A stretch of DNA of 64,000 nucleotides from Lama guanicoe. Lineage: Eukaryota. The position numbers and the translations under genes were made by a program. Below, one piece after another: positions 39,947-52,010 of this stretch (positions are counted from its first letter, which is position 1; each line of letters starts with the position of its first letter). The stretch lies in assembly GCA_013239625.1 (NCBI GenBank), contig MU053513.1, positions 3,826,303 through 3,890,302 of the forward strand, in the 5' to 3' direction. The notes under the pieces are model-generated. The model was not told the DNA's origin, searched no databases, and saw nothing but the letters and a program-made list of their open reading frames with translations.

Positions 39947-39969
39947 ATTTATTCATATTATAGAGCAAA
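39947..39969 (+). other. Candidate 23-nt microexon (alternative donor after 39984)
   Basis: Strong acceptor ttttttcttttgtttcttctacag|; donor AAA|gtaagt; second donor CAA|gtaagg 15 nt further on. Confidence 0.45.
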
Positions 39970-41200
39970 GTAAGTATCAAGCAAGTAAGGCAGGTATCAG
40001 TTGAAGAACCTTTGCTCAATTGGCAATGGCTGCTTGGAGCATTCTGTTGAGTTTTTAGGTTCAACAGGAAAAGGTGTCGCATAGATTAGCAGTGTCTGTC
40101 AAGGGCAATGGAATAGTAAATAGTGGTATATGTGGCAGGTGTTTGTCACTCTGTTATAGAAGAATGTTATTTGTAAACTAATTTACCCTAAAATATCATG
40201 GACTTACTGTGTTACTCCTTCCAGAGCATTTACATGTAAAAAGAATAAAGACATTATGGAGGAAAATATTTAATTCCCTTTTTTCTTTTTCCTTTCTTTT
40301 TTTTTTGAATGCTTTAAAAATTGTATATATATCCCTTATTTATTTTACATTTATGAAATTGCATACTTTGGAAAGGTTCAAATGGTAAAATAATTCAAGC
40401 ATTACAAAATAGAACACAATGAAAAGTTGTCTCCCATACCTGCTTACTGGTTTGTTCCACTGTTTTTCTTAACAAAGCAACTGTTGGTTACCAGTTTCTT
40501 GTGTATCCTTTAAGAGATATTATATACAAAAGGTGGGCATAAAGTCCATTGCGTGTTAGTGGAAATTATTGTCTGAATTTTTTCCAGGCTTGTGTAGGTT
40601 TTAATTTCTCTCCATATTCTGCTTGACAAGTTTTTCCATGTTGATTTAATTTTAAGTGATTAAAATGGTCCCATGGCTTTTTTTAAGATCTTCAACTGTT
40701 AAATGGAGTCACTGTATATAAGACTGTGAAAGTGAAATTTTTTGTGTGCTTTTATTTTTTCTTAAAATGTTTTACTTTGAATATGAAATACTGTAAACAA
40801 TATAAAAGTTCAGAAAGTAACAACAGACTTTCATGTACCCATCACAGATTACAGATTTAGAAATTTTAGCAGATCCTTTTAAGAATAAATAAATGTTGCC
40901 AAAATAGCTAAAGTTCCACACTCCTAGCATTTCCTTTTCTTTCTTGCACCAAAGGAAACTACAGTAATATTCTGAGGTTGGAATATATCATTTCTATGCA
41001 TATTTTTCCTACATATATATATATCAAGAATATATAGGCATACACACATATATTATGTACACACAGTGTTGATACTTGCTCGGAATTTTACATTATCCTG
41101 CTCTATACAATCTTTTGGAAACTTCATTAATTAACAATATTTTTTGAAATTTATCCATGATGATAAACTATATGCAGTTAATTTTTTTTTTGCTATATAG

Positions 41201-41555
41201 TGTTAAAAGACAAACTAAAGCATATAAAAAAATTAAGAGTTTATTTGAGCAAAAATCAACTTGAATTGGGCAGCACTGTACCAGAAGTGATTCAGAGCAC
41301 TGCACCAACTGGGGCTAAGGGAAAGACCTTCACAGAGAAGAAGTGGAAGCAAAGCAAAGCAATTATTTGATTGGCTGTAGCTTATACGGTTGCCGTATTT
41401 GGAAAAGCCTAATTTTCTGTTTGTAATTGGTTGTCCTTAGGGTTTGATTTCTTGCCTTGAGGCATTTTAGACTTAGGTTTTGGTTTGCTTAAGTAGGATT
41501 CTAAGGCATTAAAGCCACCTCACTCTAATGGCCTCTTTGCTTAATTAATTTAACA
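41201..41555 (-). mobile_element. ERV1-class solo LTR (355 bp)
   Basis: TGTTAAA...TTTAACA inverted termini; perfect 4-bp TSD ATAG (41197-41200 / 41556-41559); AATAAA on the minus strand near 41240. Confidence 0.85.
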
Positions 41556-41687
41556 ATAGTATTCCATTGTATGAATAAATGCAGTTTATTTTCTGTCCCC
41601 AACTGAGGGACTGTTAGGTTGATGCCACTTTACTGTTGTCAAAAATATTCCAATAAACATTTTTTTATGTTTTCTTGTATATAGGTG

Positions 41688-42531
41688 TGTAAAAGAAAAT
41701 TCAGATTTTTCCTTCCTGTGTAGAGAAAAACCTTGTTCTTCCTTCCTGTGTGTTCTTCCTGGTGTGGCTCCTTTACTTTTACATAGAACACTTTACTTCT
41801 GACTTTTCTGGTCACCAAATGTGGGGGTGGTGTTTCCCCCACAACAAGCAATTCTCTGTGGCACCAGATGGGTGTCCTATAATTTAACTTAATTCTAACA
41901 CTATCTACCCCAGTCCTTTAGATGCCAGTCACAAGCCTGGATTGTCACCTGTGCTTCTGACCCAACCAGCTATAGAGCAGAGATTCCAATGATCTCCTCC
42001 TCAGGTTCCATTAATTGCCTAGAGCAGCTCACAGAACTCAGGGAAACATGTTTACCAGTTTGGTAAAGGAGATGATAAAGGATACAATGAACCCTCCTGG
42101 TGTGTATGTATTTGCCAGTCTGGAAGCTCCCTGAACCCCCTACTGTTGGAATTTTATGGAGACTTCTTCATGTAGGCATGATCAATCATATACTCCATTT
42201 CTAGTCCCTTCCCTTCTGGAGGATGAGGGGTGGAGCTGAAAAGTCCATCATCATGACTTGGTCTTTCTGGTGACCAGCACTATCCAGGAGTCATCCAGGA
42301 GCCTGTCCAGAGTCACCTAATTGAACAAAAGATGCTCCCAGTGCTCTTGTTGCTTAGAAATTTACAAGTGTTTTAGAAGCCCTGTGCTAGGGATGGGGTC
42401 AAAGACAACTATTAGAATAAAAATGCTTCTAGCATTCCGGTCACTTAGGAAATTACAAGAGTTTTAGCAACTCTGTGCCAGGAACCCTGAGGCAGAGACC
42501 AATGTATATATATTTTTTCCATTGTTTTACA
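41688..42531 (-). mobile_element. MER21-like solo LTR (844 bp)
   Basis: TGTAAAA...TTTTACA termini; minus-strand start ...atatatacattggtctctgcc...ggttcctggcacagag; ctcacagaactcagggaaaca motif; 5-bp TSD aggtg/atgtg (4/5). Confidence 0.8.
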
Positions 42532-43031
42532 ATGTGTAAGTTTCTTTTTTAGAAACCTGGAAGTGAAACTGCTATGTTCTATAGTATATGCAACTTTGCA
42601 TATACTGAAATTACCTCTTCAAATTGGCTGTACCAGTATACACTTTAATAGCAATCTATCACTAATACTTGTTTTCAGACATAATACATTTTGCCAGTCT
42701 GGAGAGTATTATTATTTAATTTTTGTTTTCTGATTTCTTAGTGAGATTGATCATGTTTTCATTGTCCATTATAGATTTTTCTTCCCTGAATTGTCTATTC
42801 ATCTGTTGGATTGCTTGGCTTTTCCTTATTGATTTGAAGGAACTTTAAAAATGTTCTGGGTATGAATATTTTTGTGATTGCAAAGATTTCAAATTTCTTT
42901 TAACAGTATGAGGCTTGTCTCTTTGTTTATCGTATCTCTTGAATACAGAAGCTTACGATTTTAATGTTGATCTATTTTTTCTTCTATGATATGTGCCCTT
43001 TTTGGGCAGTCATAAGAAATCCTTTCCTAAC

Positions 43032-43635
43032 TGTGGTGGCTTTATAATGTATCAGTTTCACTAGGCTGAGCTCTTATTTCTCTGTGTTTCCAGTTAGGGT
43101 AGGCTACAAGAGAGATTCTTGTGAAAGATTTGGAGGGTGAAGTGAAGCAATAGGCATTTTGCAGCTCATACACTTTTATCACATATCTGATAAACCACCT
43201 CATTGTCATGAAACAGCAGTCAGGCTGTAACTGCTTTACTTTTTCCTGGATCCTCCTTTAGCTGTTCTAACACCTGGACCAGATGTGTGTGTTTTAAAAG
43301 CTCCATGAAGAAGAACCCCAATTTCTATAAGACGCATATACCATTGAGTCAGAAGGAACAAGAACAGGCAGAGATTCTAATCTGTTGTCTTTGGCTCCAG
43401 CTTATGCTTATGAGTTTCAGATTGTTCTTGCTGTACTCTACTTCACTTTTATCTCACTTTCCCAACTTTCTGCCTTGTGAACTTAAAGCTCCAGCATCAG
43501 AGGGGAAGACAGCAAGCTAACAGAAACTGGTTAACCAGATTCCACAGTCATATAAAGTCAAATCCCTGTAACAAATCTTGTGTGTGTGTGTGTGTGTGTA
43601 TCTCCTAACGCTTTTCTGATTGAAACTCTGATACA
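43032..43635 (+). mobile_element. ERVL solo LTR (MLT2E/F-like) with internal (TG)n
   Basis: tgtggtggctttataatgtatcagtttcactaggctga...ttccagttagggtaggctacaagagag...(TG)n...ctgataca. Confidence 0.75.
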
Positions 43636-44154
43636 CCATCTTTATATCACAAAGGAAGTCTTCTGTAGCTTTTTGTAATAGTTATATTTTTCACATTTAG
43701 GTATTTAGTCCATCCAGAATTTACCTTTTTGTGTTGTGAGTTACATGCACACCAAAAAAAAATTTCTTTTCATGTGGATAGCTGTTTGTCTATCCTTTTC
43801 CCACTGATTTCTCTGTCACAACAAAAATACCCATATGTATACATATGAACCTTTTAATTCATTGTTTCATTAGCCCACTTACCTGTAGATAACACACTGT
43901 CAGGATTATTGTTACCTTATAGTGAGTATTGAAACTAAGTAGATAAGCTCTCATTTTATTATTTCTCTTCAAAATCATCTTGGTTATTTTTGGCTCTCTG
44001 TACTAACATAGGAATTTTAGTATAAACTTGCCAATTTCCATTAAAAAATGGAATTTTCTCTGTAGTAACTCTTACTATGTATATCAAATTAGGGAGAATT
44101 ACTCTAACTCCAAGACCTCCCATCTAAGGATGTGATATATAGCTCTCCCCTCTC

Positions 44155-46362
44155 TTAAAGTCAATAGACTTTATTTTTTTAGAGCAGTTGTAGGTTTACA
44201 GGAAAATTGAGCAGAAAGCACAAGGTGCTCATATGCCCCTCCCATGCCCCCCAGTTTCTCCTATTAATGTCTTGTATTACTATATTAAACTTGTTACAAT
44301 TTATGTGCCAGTACTTATACAATATTAGCTGAAGCCCATAGACTATATTGGGGTTCACTTTTTGTGTTTATATTCAGTGGGGTTTAGCACATGTATGATG
44401 ACGTGTATTCTCATTACAGTATCATACAGAGTAGTTTCACCCTGCATCCCACCTGTTCATCCTTCCCTCCTGAACCCTGGCAACCACTGAACTTTCTACT
44501 TTCTCTATAGCTTTGCCTTTTCCAGAATGTCATATATTTGAAATCATACAGTATGTAGTCTTAAGATTGGTTTCTTTCACTTAGCAATATGCATTTCAGT
44601 TTCTTCCATGTGTTTTCATGGCTTGATAGCTTATTTTTCTATCACTGAATAATATTTTGTTTATGGATATACCAGAATTTGTTTATCCATTCACTGTTGA
44701 AGAATATCTTCACTGCTTTCAAGTTTTGGCAGTTAGAAATAAAGTTGCTGTAAACATTCACGTGCAGGTTCTTATGTAGACAAAAGTTATCAACTCATTT
44801 GTATAAATACCAACGAGCATGATTACTGAATAGCATGGTAAGACTATGTTTAGTTTTGTAAGAAACTGTCCCACTGTCTTCCACAGTGGCTGTACCATTT
44901 GGCAATCCTACCAGCAATGAATGAGATTTCCTGTCTTCCTGTTGCTCCACACTTGCCAGTACTTGGAATTGTCAATTTTGGATTCTAGCCTAAACGTATG
45001 TGTAGTGGTGTCTCATTGGTTAATTTGCAATTCCCTAATGATATATGATCTGAATATCTTTTCATATATTTATCTACCATCTATATGTCTTCTTTGGCGG
45101 GGTGTCCAGATTTTTTGCCCATATTTTAATTGGGTTGTTTGTTTTCTTATCCTTGAGTTTTAAGTGTTCTTTGCATATTTTGAATGCCAGTTGTTTATCA
45201 AATATGTGTTTGGTAAAGATTTTCTCCCAGTCTATGACTTGTCTTTTCATTCTCTTAGTGTCTTTCTTACGGTGAGTTTTTTAATTTTGATGAAGTCAAA
45301 CCTATTATTTCTTTCATGGGTCATGCTTTGGATCTTGTATTTAAAACGTCATTGACAAATCTAAAGTCACCTATATTTTTTCCTATGTTGTCTCATAGAG
45401 GTTTTACTTTATATTTATATCTATGATCCATTTTGAGTTAATTTTTGTGAAAGATATAAGGTCTGTGCCTATATTTGCTTTTTTTTGCAAGTAGATATTC
45501 AGCTGTTTCAGGAAAGTTTGTTGAAAAGACTGTCCTTTTTTCACTGAATTGCCTTTGCTCCTTTTGTGGGTCATAGGCCCTCTATTTTGTTCCACTGATC
45601 TACTTGTCTGTTCTTTTACCAATTACCCCACTGTCTTGATAACTGTAACTTTCTAATAAGTCTTAAAGTTGGATATTTTCAGTCCTCTGGTTTTGTTCTT
45701 TTCTTCTAATATTTTGTTGGCTATTCTGGATCTTTTGCCTCTCCATATAAACTTTAAAATCAGTTTGTCAATATTCACAAAATAACTTGCTAGAATTTTT
45801 ATTGGGTTTGTGTTGAATCTATAGATCAAGGTGGGAAGAACTGACCTTGACAATATTAAGTTCTTCTACCCTTAAAACAGAATAGCTCTCCATTTATATA
45901 GATCTCTGATTTCTTTCATCAAAATTTTGTAGTTTTCCTCATATAAATCTTACATATTTTTTGTTAGATTTACATCTAGGTATTTCTTCTTTTTGGGGCA
46001 CTAAAGTAAATGATACTGTGTTTTTAATATCAAAATCCAATTGTTCTTTGCTGGTCTTTAAGGAAGCAGTTGATTTTTAAAACCTTTTTATATTAATCTT
46101 GTATTCTACAATCTTGCTATAAATGCATTTTAGTTCCAGGAGATTTATTTATTGTTGATTTTTAAAAAGATTTTCTATATAGACAGCATGTCATCTGTGA
46201 ACAAAGACAATTTTATTTCTTCCTTCCCAATCTGTATACTTTTATTTCTTTTTCTTGTCTTCCTGCATTAGCTTGGCTGTCTACTATGATGTTAAATAAG
46301 GGTAGTGAAAAGAGACATCCTTGCCTTATTCCTGATCTTAGCAGGAAAGCATCTAGTCCTTT
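44155..46362 (-). mobile_element. 5'-truncated L1 (L1MC-like), ORF2 3' half plus 3'UTR, decayed
   Basis: 3' end tttttagagcagttgtaggtttacaggaaaattgagcagaaag; ORF2 remnant LIYRFNTNPIKI...DKLILKFIWRGKRSRIA (45653-45853). Confidence 0.88.
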
Positions 46363-46719
46363 TTAAGGACCTTTTTCATGTGCATAAACAACATTTTGGT
46401 TTTCCATTAAGGGCCCACATACCTTTTATTTCTAGATATCTTAATGTTTGTTTTTGTTGCTGTTGATTTTTATATGTTCATCTTATGTCCAGTAATTCTC
46501 CTGCACACTCTTACTAGTTTTTATAATTTCTCTTGTGTTCTTGATGTACAGTCATATTATCTGCAATAGTGACTTTTAAAAATTTATTCCACACTAATTC
46601 TTTCATCTCTAGTCTCTTTTCCTTATCATACTGCACAAGCTACAGTCTGTAGTGCAAATGTTCAAATGGTATGGTGATAGCAGATACCCATTTCTCATCT
46701 CTGACTATTTTAGTTGTTC

Positions 46720-47329
46720 TCAAGTACAATTTAGAGGAAATATAAAAGAGCCAGGAGTTGCTGAGTTTGCAAATAAAACTATTTCTTAGTCTCTCCTGGC
46801 TAAAAACTCTGAAAATAAGAAATAGCCTCAGGACAAAGATCAAATTCAAGGAACTACCAGTAAACTTGACCTCAGGGTGAAAATAAGATCAAGGATGTAG
46901 CTGAAGGACCCTTGTTGAGACCTTAGAAAGATTAAAAATGTTGCCTCAAAGGCCTTCACAGCTAGACACAAGAGATCTAAGAACCTTAAGAATGCTCTCC
47001 CACAACACCCTGACTCTTAGCCCACACTGGAGAGAGGACTGTTTCAAAAAGACATGTAGGTGTGTTGTTTGTCCAGTAGTATGGATTATAACTTGATACG
47101 TAGGAAGCCCACAAAAACTTTAAAGAAATAATACCAGCTTGAAGTAAAGAGACAGAGACTGTTCAAAATGAAGAGTCTTCTGGGGCATCAATTTCCTATG
47201 AGCAAGTAGAAGGCTTAGAAAGTTCCTTACCTATAAAAAACCAAAATGTATCAGAGTATGGAACCAAGATCCCAGAATACCAAGAGATGAAGGGACTCAT
47301 GCCCAGGTATCAGGGATTAGGAATTTAAA

Positions 47330-47375
<46 letters not shown>

Positions 47376-47580
47376 AATTTATATCCTAAAGGTCTCACTT
47401 GAGCCATTCTACCTACTTTCCAGCTGTTTGAACCATTCTCATCCAGGTATGAGTTGAAAAAGTCATAAAGTCATTTTGGACATGCCAGCCCCAGCTGTTT
47501 CCATAAAGTGGGACAGAAATAAGCCATTCCAGTTGTGCCTGTTCAAATTCCTGACTAGGAATCATGAGGAATAATAAAAT
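46720..47580 (+). mobile_element. MaLR internal 3' segment plus MLT1I/J-like LTR remnant, with (TA)16 at 47339-47370
   Basis: gctgagtttgcaaataaaacta...caggacaaagatcaaattcaagg; LTR part catttggacatgccagcccc...ttcaaattcctgac...aatcatgag. Confidence 0.55.
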
Positions 47581-47880
47581 ACATGTATATCTACATTTTA
47601 CAAATACTTCAGATTCTGTTTGCTCTATTAAGTAATAAAGTACAAGTGGTAGGAAAGTTCACACACAGCTCAGATTTGTCAAGGGACCCACTCAAAACTG
47701 GCAACCTTATGGGTTATTTGGTGCCTGGGTTAGAAAATCTCAACAAATGTGGGAAATATTACCTCCAAACTCAAGGTCATCCACCAAGTATTGTGTCTCC
47801 TCCTCACTGTAAGCAGTGAAAGTTTAAAACTTTGTCCCATCTTTGTGGGTCTGTCTCCCAGACCAATTATAATTTCGGTT

Positions 47881-48663
47881 CTTATCAGGCAGGATCCAAT
47901 TAGGAGACCAAAACCACAAGGAAATTTGAATAAGGGAAGTTTAATATAAAGAATTATTAACTCTAACAGGCAATTGAAGTCATGGCTAGAATTAGGTAAG
48001 AGAACTCTGAAGAATACTAGAATAGCAGGCAGAGGGAGCAGATGATAATACCTAGGCTAAGATAGAGCACCCAAGAAAAGCCCCCTTTACCACTCTGGGC
48101 TGAGATCCAGCTCTTATTAGAAGAGGGTGCAGTTTACCAGGTGGTAGAGCAGTTTGTTGAGGTGCTGTACCAGCAGAACTCACAGAATATGCTCGGTGCT
48201 GGAGAAAGCTGTCCATGAAGAGGTGGTATACATCAGAACCTACTGCAGAATTTCCCAAAGGATGCCACAGGAAGGCTTCCAGAGGGAGGTGCCATTCTTC
48301 AGAAGTCATTGCAAAGCCATCCAAAGAGGTGCCTGGGTATAGCCATTCATGGATAGTGCCAGATGCTGTTGGCTCCAGAGCTGAGCACTGCAAAGGCACC
48401 TTATAGGGCTCTGAGGGATGCCATTCTCAGGGATGTGTCACATGCTCCTGGCCTCTGGGTACTACAAAGGCTGCTCACACTGCCAGAGCCTTCTGACAGG
48501 AGTACACTGGAACTAAATACCAAAACCCCTTCCTTCTCCAGTGCCTTCTGCTGCCAAAGTTTAACACTGTGCCAACTGGCAAAGGAGAAATATTTACAGG
48601 TTGCAGAGCAGGCAGTGAGGGGTGGATCTGAAACTGAGAGGCAATAAATTGGTAACTGTAACA
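47881..48663 (-). mobile_element. ERVL solo LTR (LTR33/41/52-like)
   Basis: Minus-strand start tgttacagttaccaatttattgcctctcagtttcagatccaccc; other end atcaggcaggatccaattaggagaccaaaaccaca...aagtttaatataaagaattattaac. Confidence 0.7.
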
Positions 48664-49559
48664 CTAACCATTATACATTTATTTCTCTTAATTCTGTATT
48701 TGGGAAGTAATGAAAATTAGGTATCTTGTTTCACATCTGCATACCAATTACAATAAATATTTTCACTTTAATGTCATTTTAATCAATGGCTCAAAGGCAT
48801 ATAAACCAAATTTATGTGTGACTCAAATTTATGGAAGAGCTGGCTAATAGTCACACAGAAGGTAATGGTACACAGTGGGTATTCCAATAAATATTTGTTG
48901 CATGAATGGTTAAATGAAAGGATAACTGTATTATCTAACAAGATTTCAAAAGACTCAAGCCAACTTTTGGCATTTTAGTAAGTGTTCAAAAAATTAATTC
49001 CAAGTAATGGGATGGAGGAGGAGTACTGGGGTTATATGGCATGGCAATTCTTTAAAAAGACAGAAGGTTTTAAGGTGACCATAAGCTCAAAATGAGTTAA
49101 ATGAAAGAAAAGGGAAAAAATTTTAGACAGATTCCAGATCTAGATGTTGAATTAGTTTCATCTTTAAAGATTCCTCTGGTAAAATAGTAGTATCTACCTA
49201 GAGCTGTCTTTTGAGAATTGTGAATCTACTTTAGAACTCAGAGGAAAATAGTTTAGTGATTGATTATCAATGTCTTATATGGGTGTGGGATGGAGCAGTG
49301 TCAAGAGAGAGAATGACTTCACCTTTGTCCATTTGTAGGTCAACTTTTGTAATATTGTATTCTATTGTGGATATCACATGGAACAGTTACATTGAAGCAA
49401 CTCTTTTTACTGTTTTTAGAATTTGATGAAAGTTATGAACTTTCTCCCAGAAGAATGCACATTGTATATATATGTAAAACTTTGTATGCAGTTGCAAGGG
49501 TTTCATGGACTCAAGATTAAGAACTGTTGAGTTGGAGGATGTGGGAAATTATACCTTAA

Positions 49560-50650
49560 ATAATAGTAATAGAAGCTATGCTTAGTGACCAGTTCTGTGG
49601 GCTGGTGCTCTATTCTTGTATATGGAATATCCTTTAAGATGCAACAATGATCTTGCAAAATGGGTAGTATTACTTTAATTTTGCAGTAGAGGTAACCAGT
49701 GGTAAGAGACATTACACAATTTGCTTAATGTCACACAATGGCACATCTGGGATTCCAGCTCAGGTACCTCTCACTCAGAGCTCCATGTTTCCATTTTCTG
49801 TTAAAGGAATACCTTATATACAATGCTTAATAAATATTTGAACAGTAAATAAATGAAAGGCAGCCATGTAGAAGATATCTTACTTTGTATTGCTCTAGAA
49901 GAAATTTATGGGTTGAATTTATATGGAATGATGTTTGATATTTGAAATTTTTTTTAAGATCCCTATTTCACTAGTCCTTTGCATTTATCCAGTGGCTTGT
50001 ATCCTTTAAAAACCTTGCTTTCACATATAATCTTGTATGGCTTTCACCCTTACTCTGTGAGGTAGATAGGCAGATACAATTACCACTATTTTATAGATAA
50101 TGGCACTCAAACAAAGGAATTAAGTGATTTGTCTAAAGTTGGACAGCAGATTACGATCAGAGCTCCAGGGCTCCACTAGTCATCTAGCCCAAGATCCTTC
50201 AACCGTGGGATTCTGCTTTTCAGAAATCTCACTGTAAAAATGAGACAAAAGACAATGAAAGGGGAATGATATATTTGGGAGTGATACAGTCCACTTTGGC
50301 TGTCCAGATAAATGAAAACATCAAGTAGACACTATGAATCAAACAATTATTAATAATTTGAATTTATATCCTTCTCATTGCTGTAAAGGAGTTCAGAGCT
50401 GTACAGTTAAACATCCTGACTCTTGGACTTGTTTTATGTGGAATTTTACAATTTACAGAGTTGTTTCATGTACATCATGTCTATTGATTTGCAAACCACC
50501 CTGCTTGGTAGGCAGACTGGACCTTGTTTATCCTTATTTTAGGAATGAAGTGATTGAGGTTCAGAGAGCTTGAAAGACTTCCCCCAGTTACGCAGCCACA
50601 TGTGGTAGAGTCAGGGTTTAAGCCCACCAGCTTTCCTGCCTCTTTCCACC
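49560..50650 (-). mobile_element. Cluster of three MIR fragments (~49560-49780, 50010-50200, 50440-50650)
   Basis: attttatagataa...aattaagtgatttgtctaaagt; ttattttaggaatgaagtgattgaggttcagagag. Confidence 0.7.
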
Positions 50651-51139
50651 AGAGAGCTGAGAGAAGTGAGTGCAGTCAGCACAAACTGGAAAATGCATGC
50701 TAAGATGATTTTTATAGTTAGCAGCAGCACTGAAACCTTGCAGGCCAGCTTGGATCTGTTTTTAGAGCTACCTTCACTCTGGTTTTTAGGACAGTTTGTT
50801 TACCTTTTCTGGTATGGAGCAATCTGGTTTTCTTTACTTGCATTCAGAACTTCACGTAGGAAAGGGTAAAGGGGATAAATTGTTCTCATGACATGGGTTT
50901 TTGGATGGATCCAGAAATTATTTTCTGAATCTGTCAGGTGCTCCCAGTGATTGAGATTTTGGCTGGAGATGCTTTTGGCAGTTCACTCAAGTGCAACCCT
51001 CTTACTTTTCCTCCATCTGGTTGCTTTTTTCAAGTTAGGGCCTAACTTACATAGGTCTCACTATTTGTTAAAGAAGGCCAAAAATGAAAACAAAACATGG
51101 CATCTATTCACACTTTCAAAAGTAAACTACATCTTTTTC

Positions 51140-52010
51140 ACTTTTTTAAAAAATTGAGGTATAATTGACATATAACATTATATTAGTTTCAGGTGTACAA
51201 AATAATGATTCACTATATATATTGTGAAATGATCACCACAATAAGTTTAGTTAACATCTGTCCACATACATAGTTACAATTTTTTCTTGTGATGAGAACT
51301 TTAAAGTTCCCTCTTAGCAATTTTCAAATATGCAATACAGCATTATTAATTTTAGTCACCATGCGGTACATTATATCCCCATGACTTATTTATTTTATAA
51401 TGGAAAATTTGTACCTTTTGACCCCCTTTAGATATTTTTCCCACACTGCATCCCCTGCCTCTGGCAACGACCAGTCTGTTTTCTGTATCTATGAGTCTGG
51501 TTTTTACATTCCACATATCAGTGAGATTAAAAGGTACTTGCCTGACTCTGTCTGACTTATTTCACTTAGCATATTGCCTTTAAAGTCCATCCATGTTGTC
51601 ACAAATGGCAAGATTTCATTCTTTTTTAAGGCTCAGTAATATTTTCATTGTGTATGTGTGTGTGTTATATCTTCTTTATCCATTCATCTATCCAGGGATG
51701 CTTAGGTTGTTTCCATATCTTGGCTGTTGTAAATAATGCTGCAGTGAACATGGGGTTGCTTATATTTTTGGAGTTAGTGTTTTCATTTTCTTTGGATAAA
51801 TATTCAGAAGTGGAATTACTGGATCTTATGGTAATTTTTTTTTAACTTATGAGGAACCTCCATCCTGTTTTCCACGGTGAGTGCACCAATTTACATTCCC
51901 ATCAACAGTGTAGGAGGTTTCCCTTTTCTCCACACCCTCGCCATCACTTGTTATTTGTTGTCTTTTTGATAATAGCCATTCTGACAGGTGTGAGGTGGTA
52001 TCTCGTTGTG
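51140..52010 (-). mobile_element. 5'-truncated L1 (L1MA9-like) 3' end
   Basis: ttttttaaaaaattgaggtataattgacatataacattatattagtttcaggtgtaca...ataatagccattctgacaggtgtgaggtggtatctcgttgtg. Confidence 0.9.

Larger units (their letters stand above)
40750..46700 (-). mobile_element. Ancient L1 (L1ME-type) host element fragmented by nested insertions
   Basis: Collinear antisense L1 3'UTR/ORF2 pieces at ~40750-41200, 41556-41687, 42532-43031, 43636-44150 and 46365-46700; e.g. ttgctatatag|tattccattgtatgaata rejoins when the 41201-41555 LTR is removed. Confidence 0.7.

Noticed and set aside
42325..42485. ~95-bp imperfect tandem duplication
   Set aside because: Internal to the MER21-like LTR and probably part of the element rather than a locus-specific structure.
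48052..48664. Cluster of five ORFs (62-115 aa)
   Set aside because: Entirely inside an ERVL-type solo LTR; explained by local GC content.
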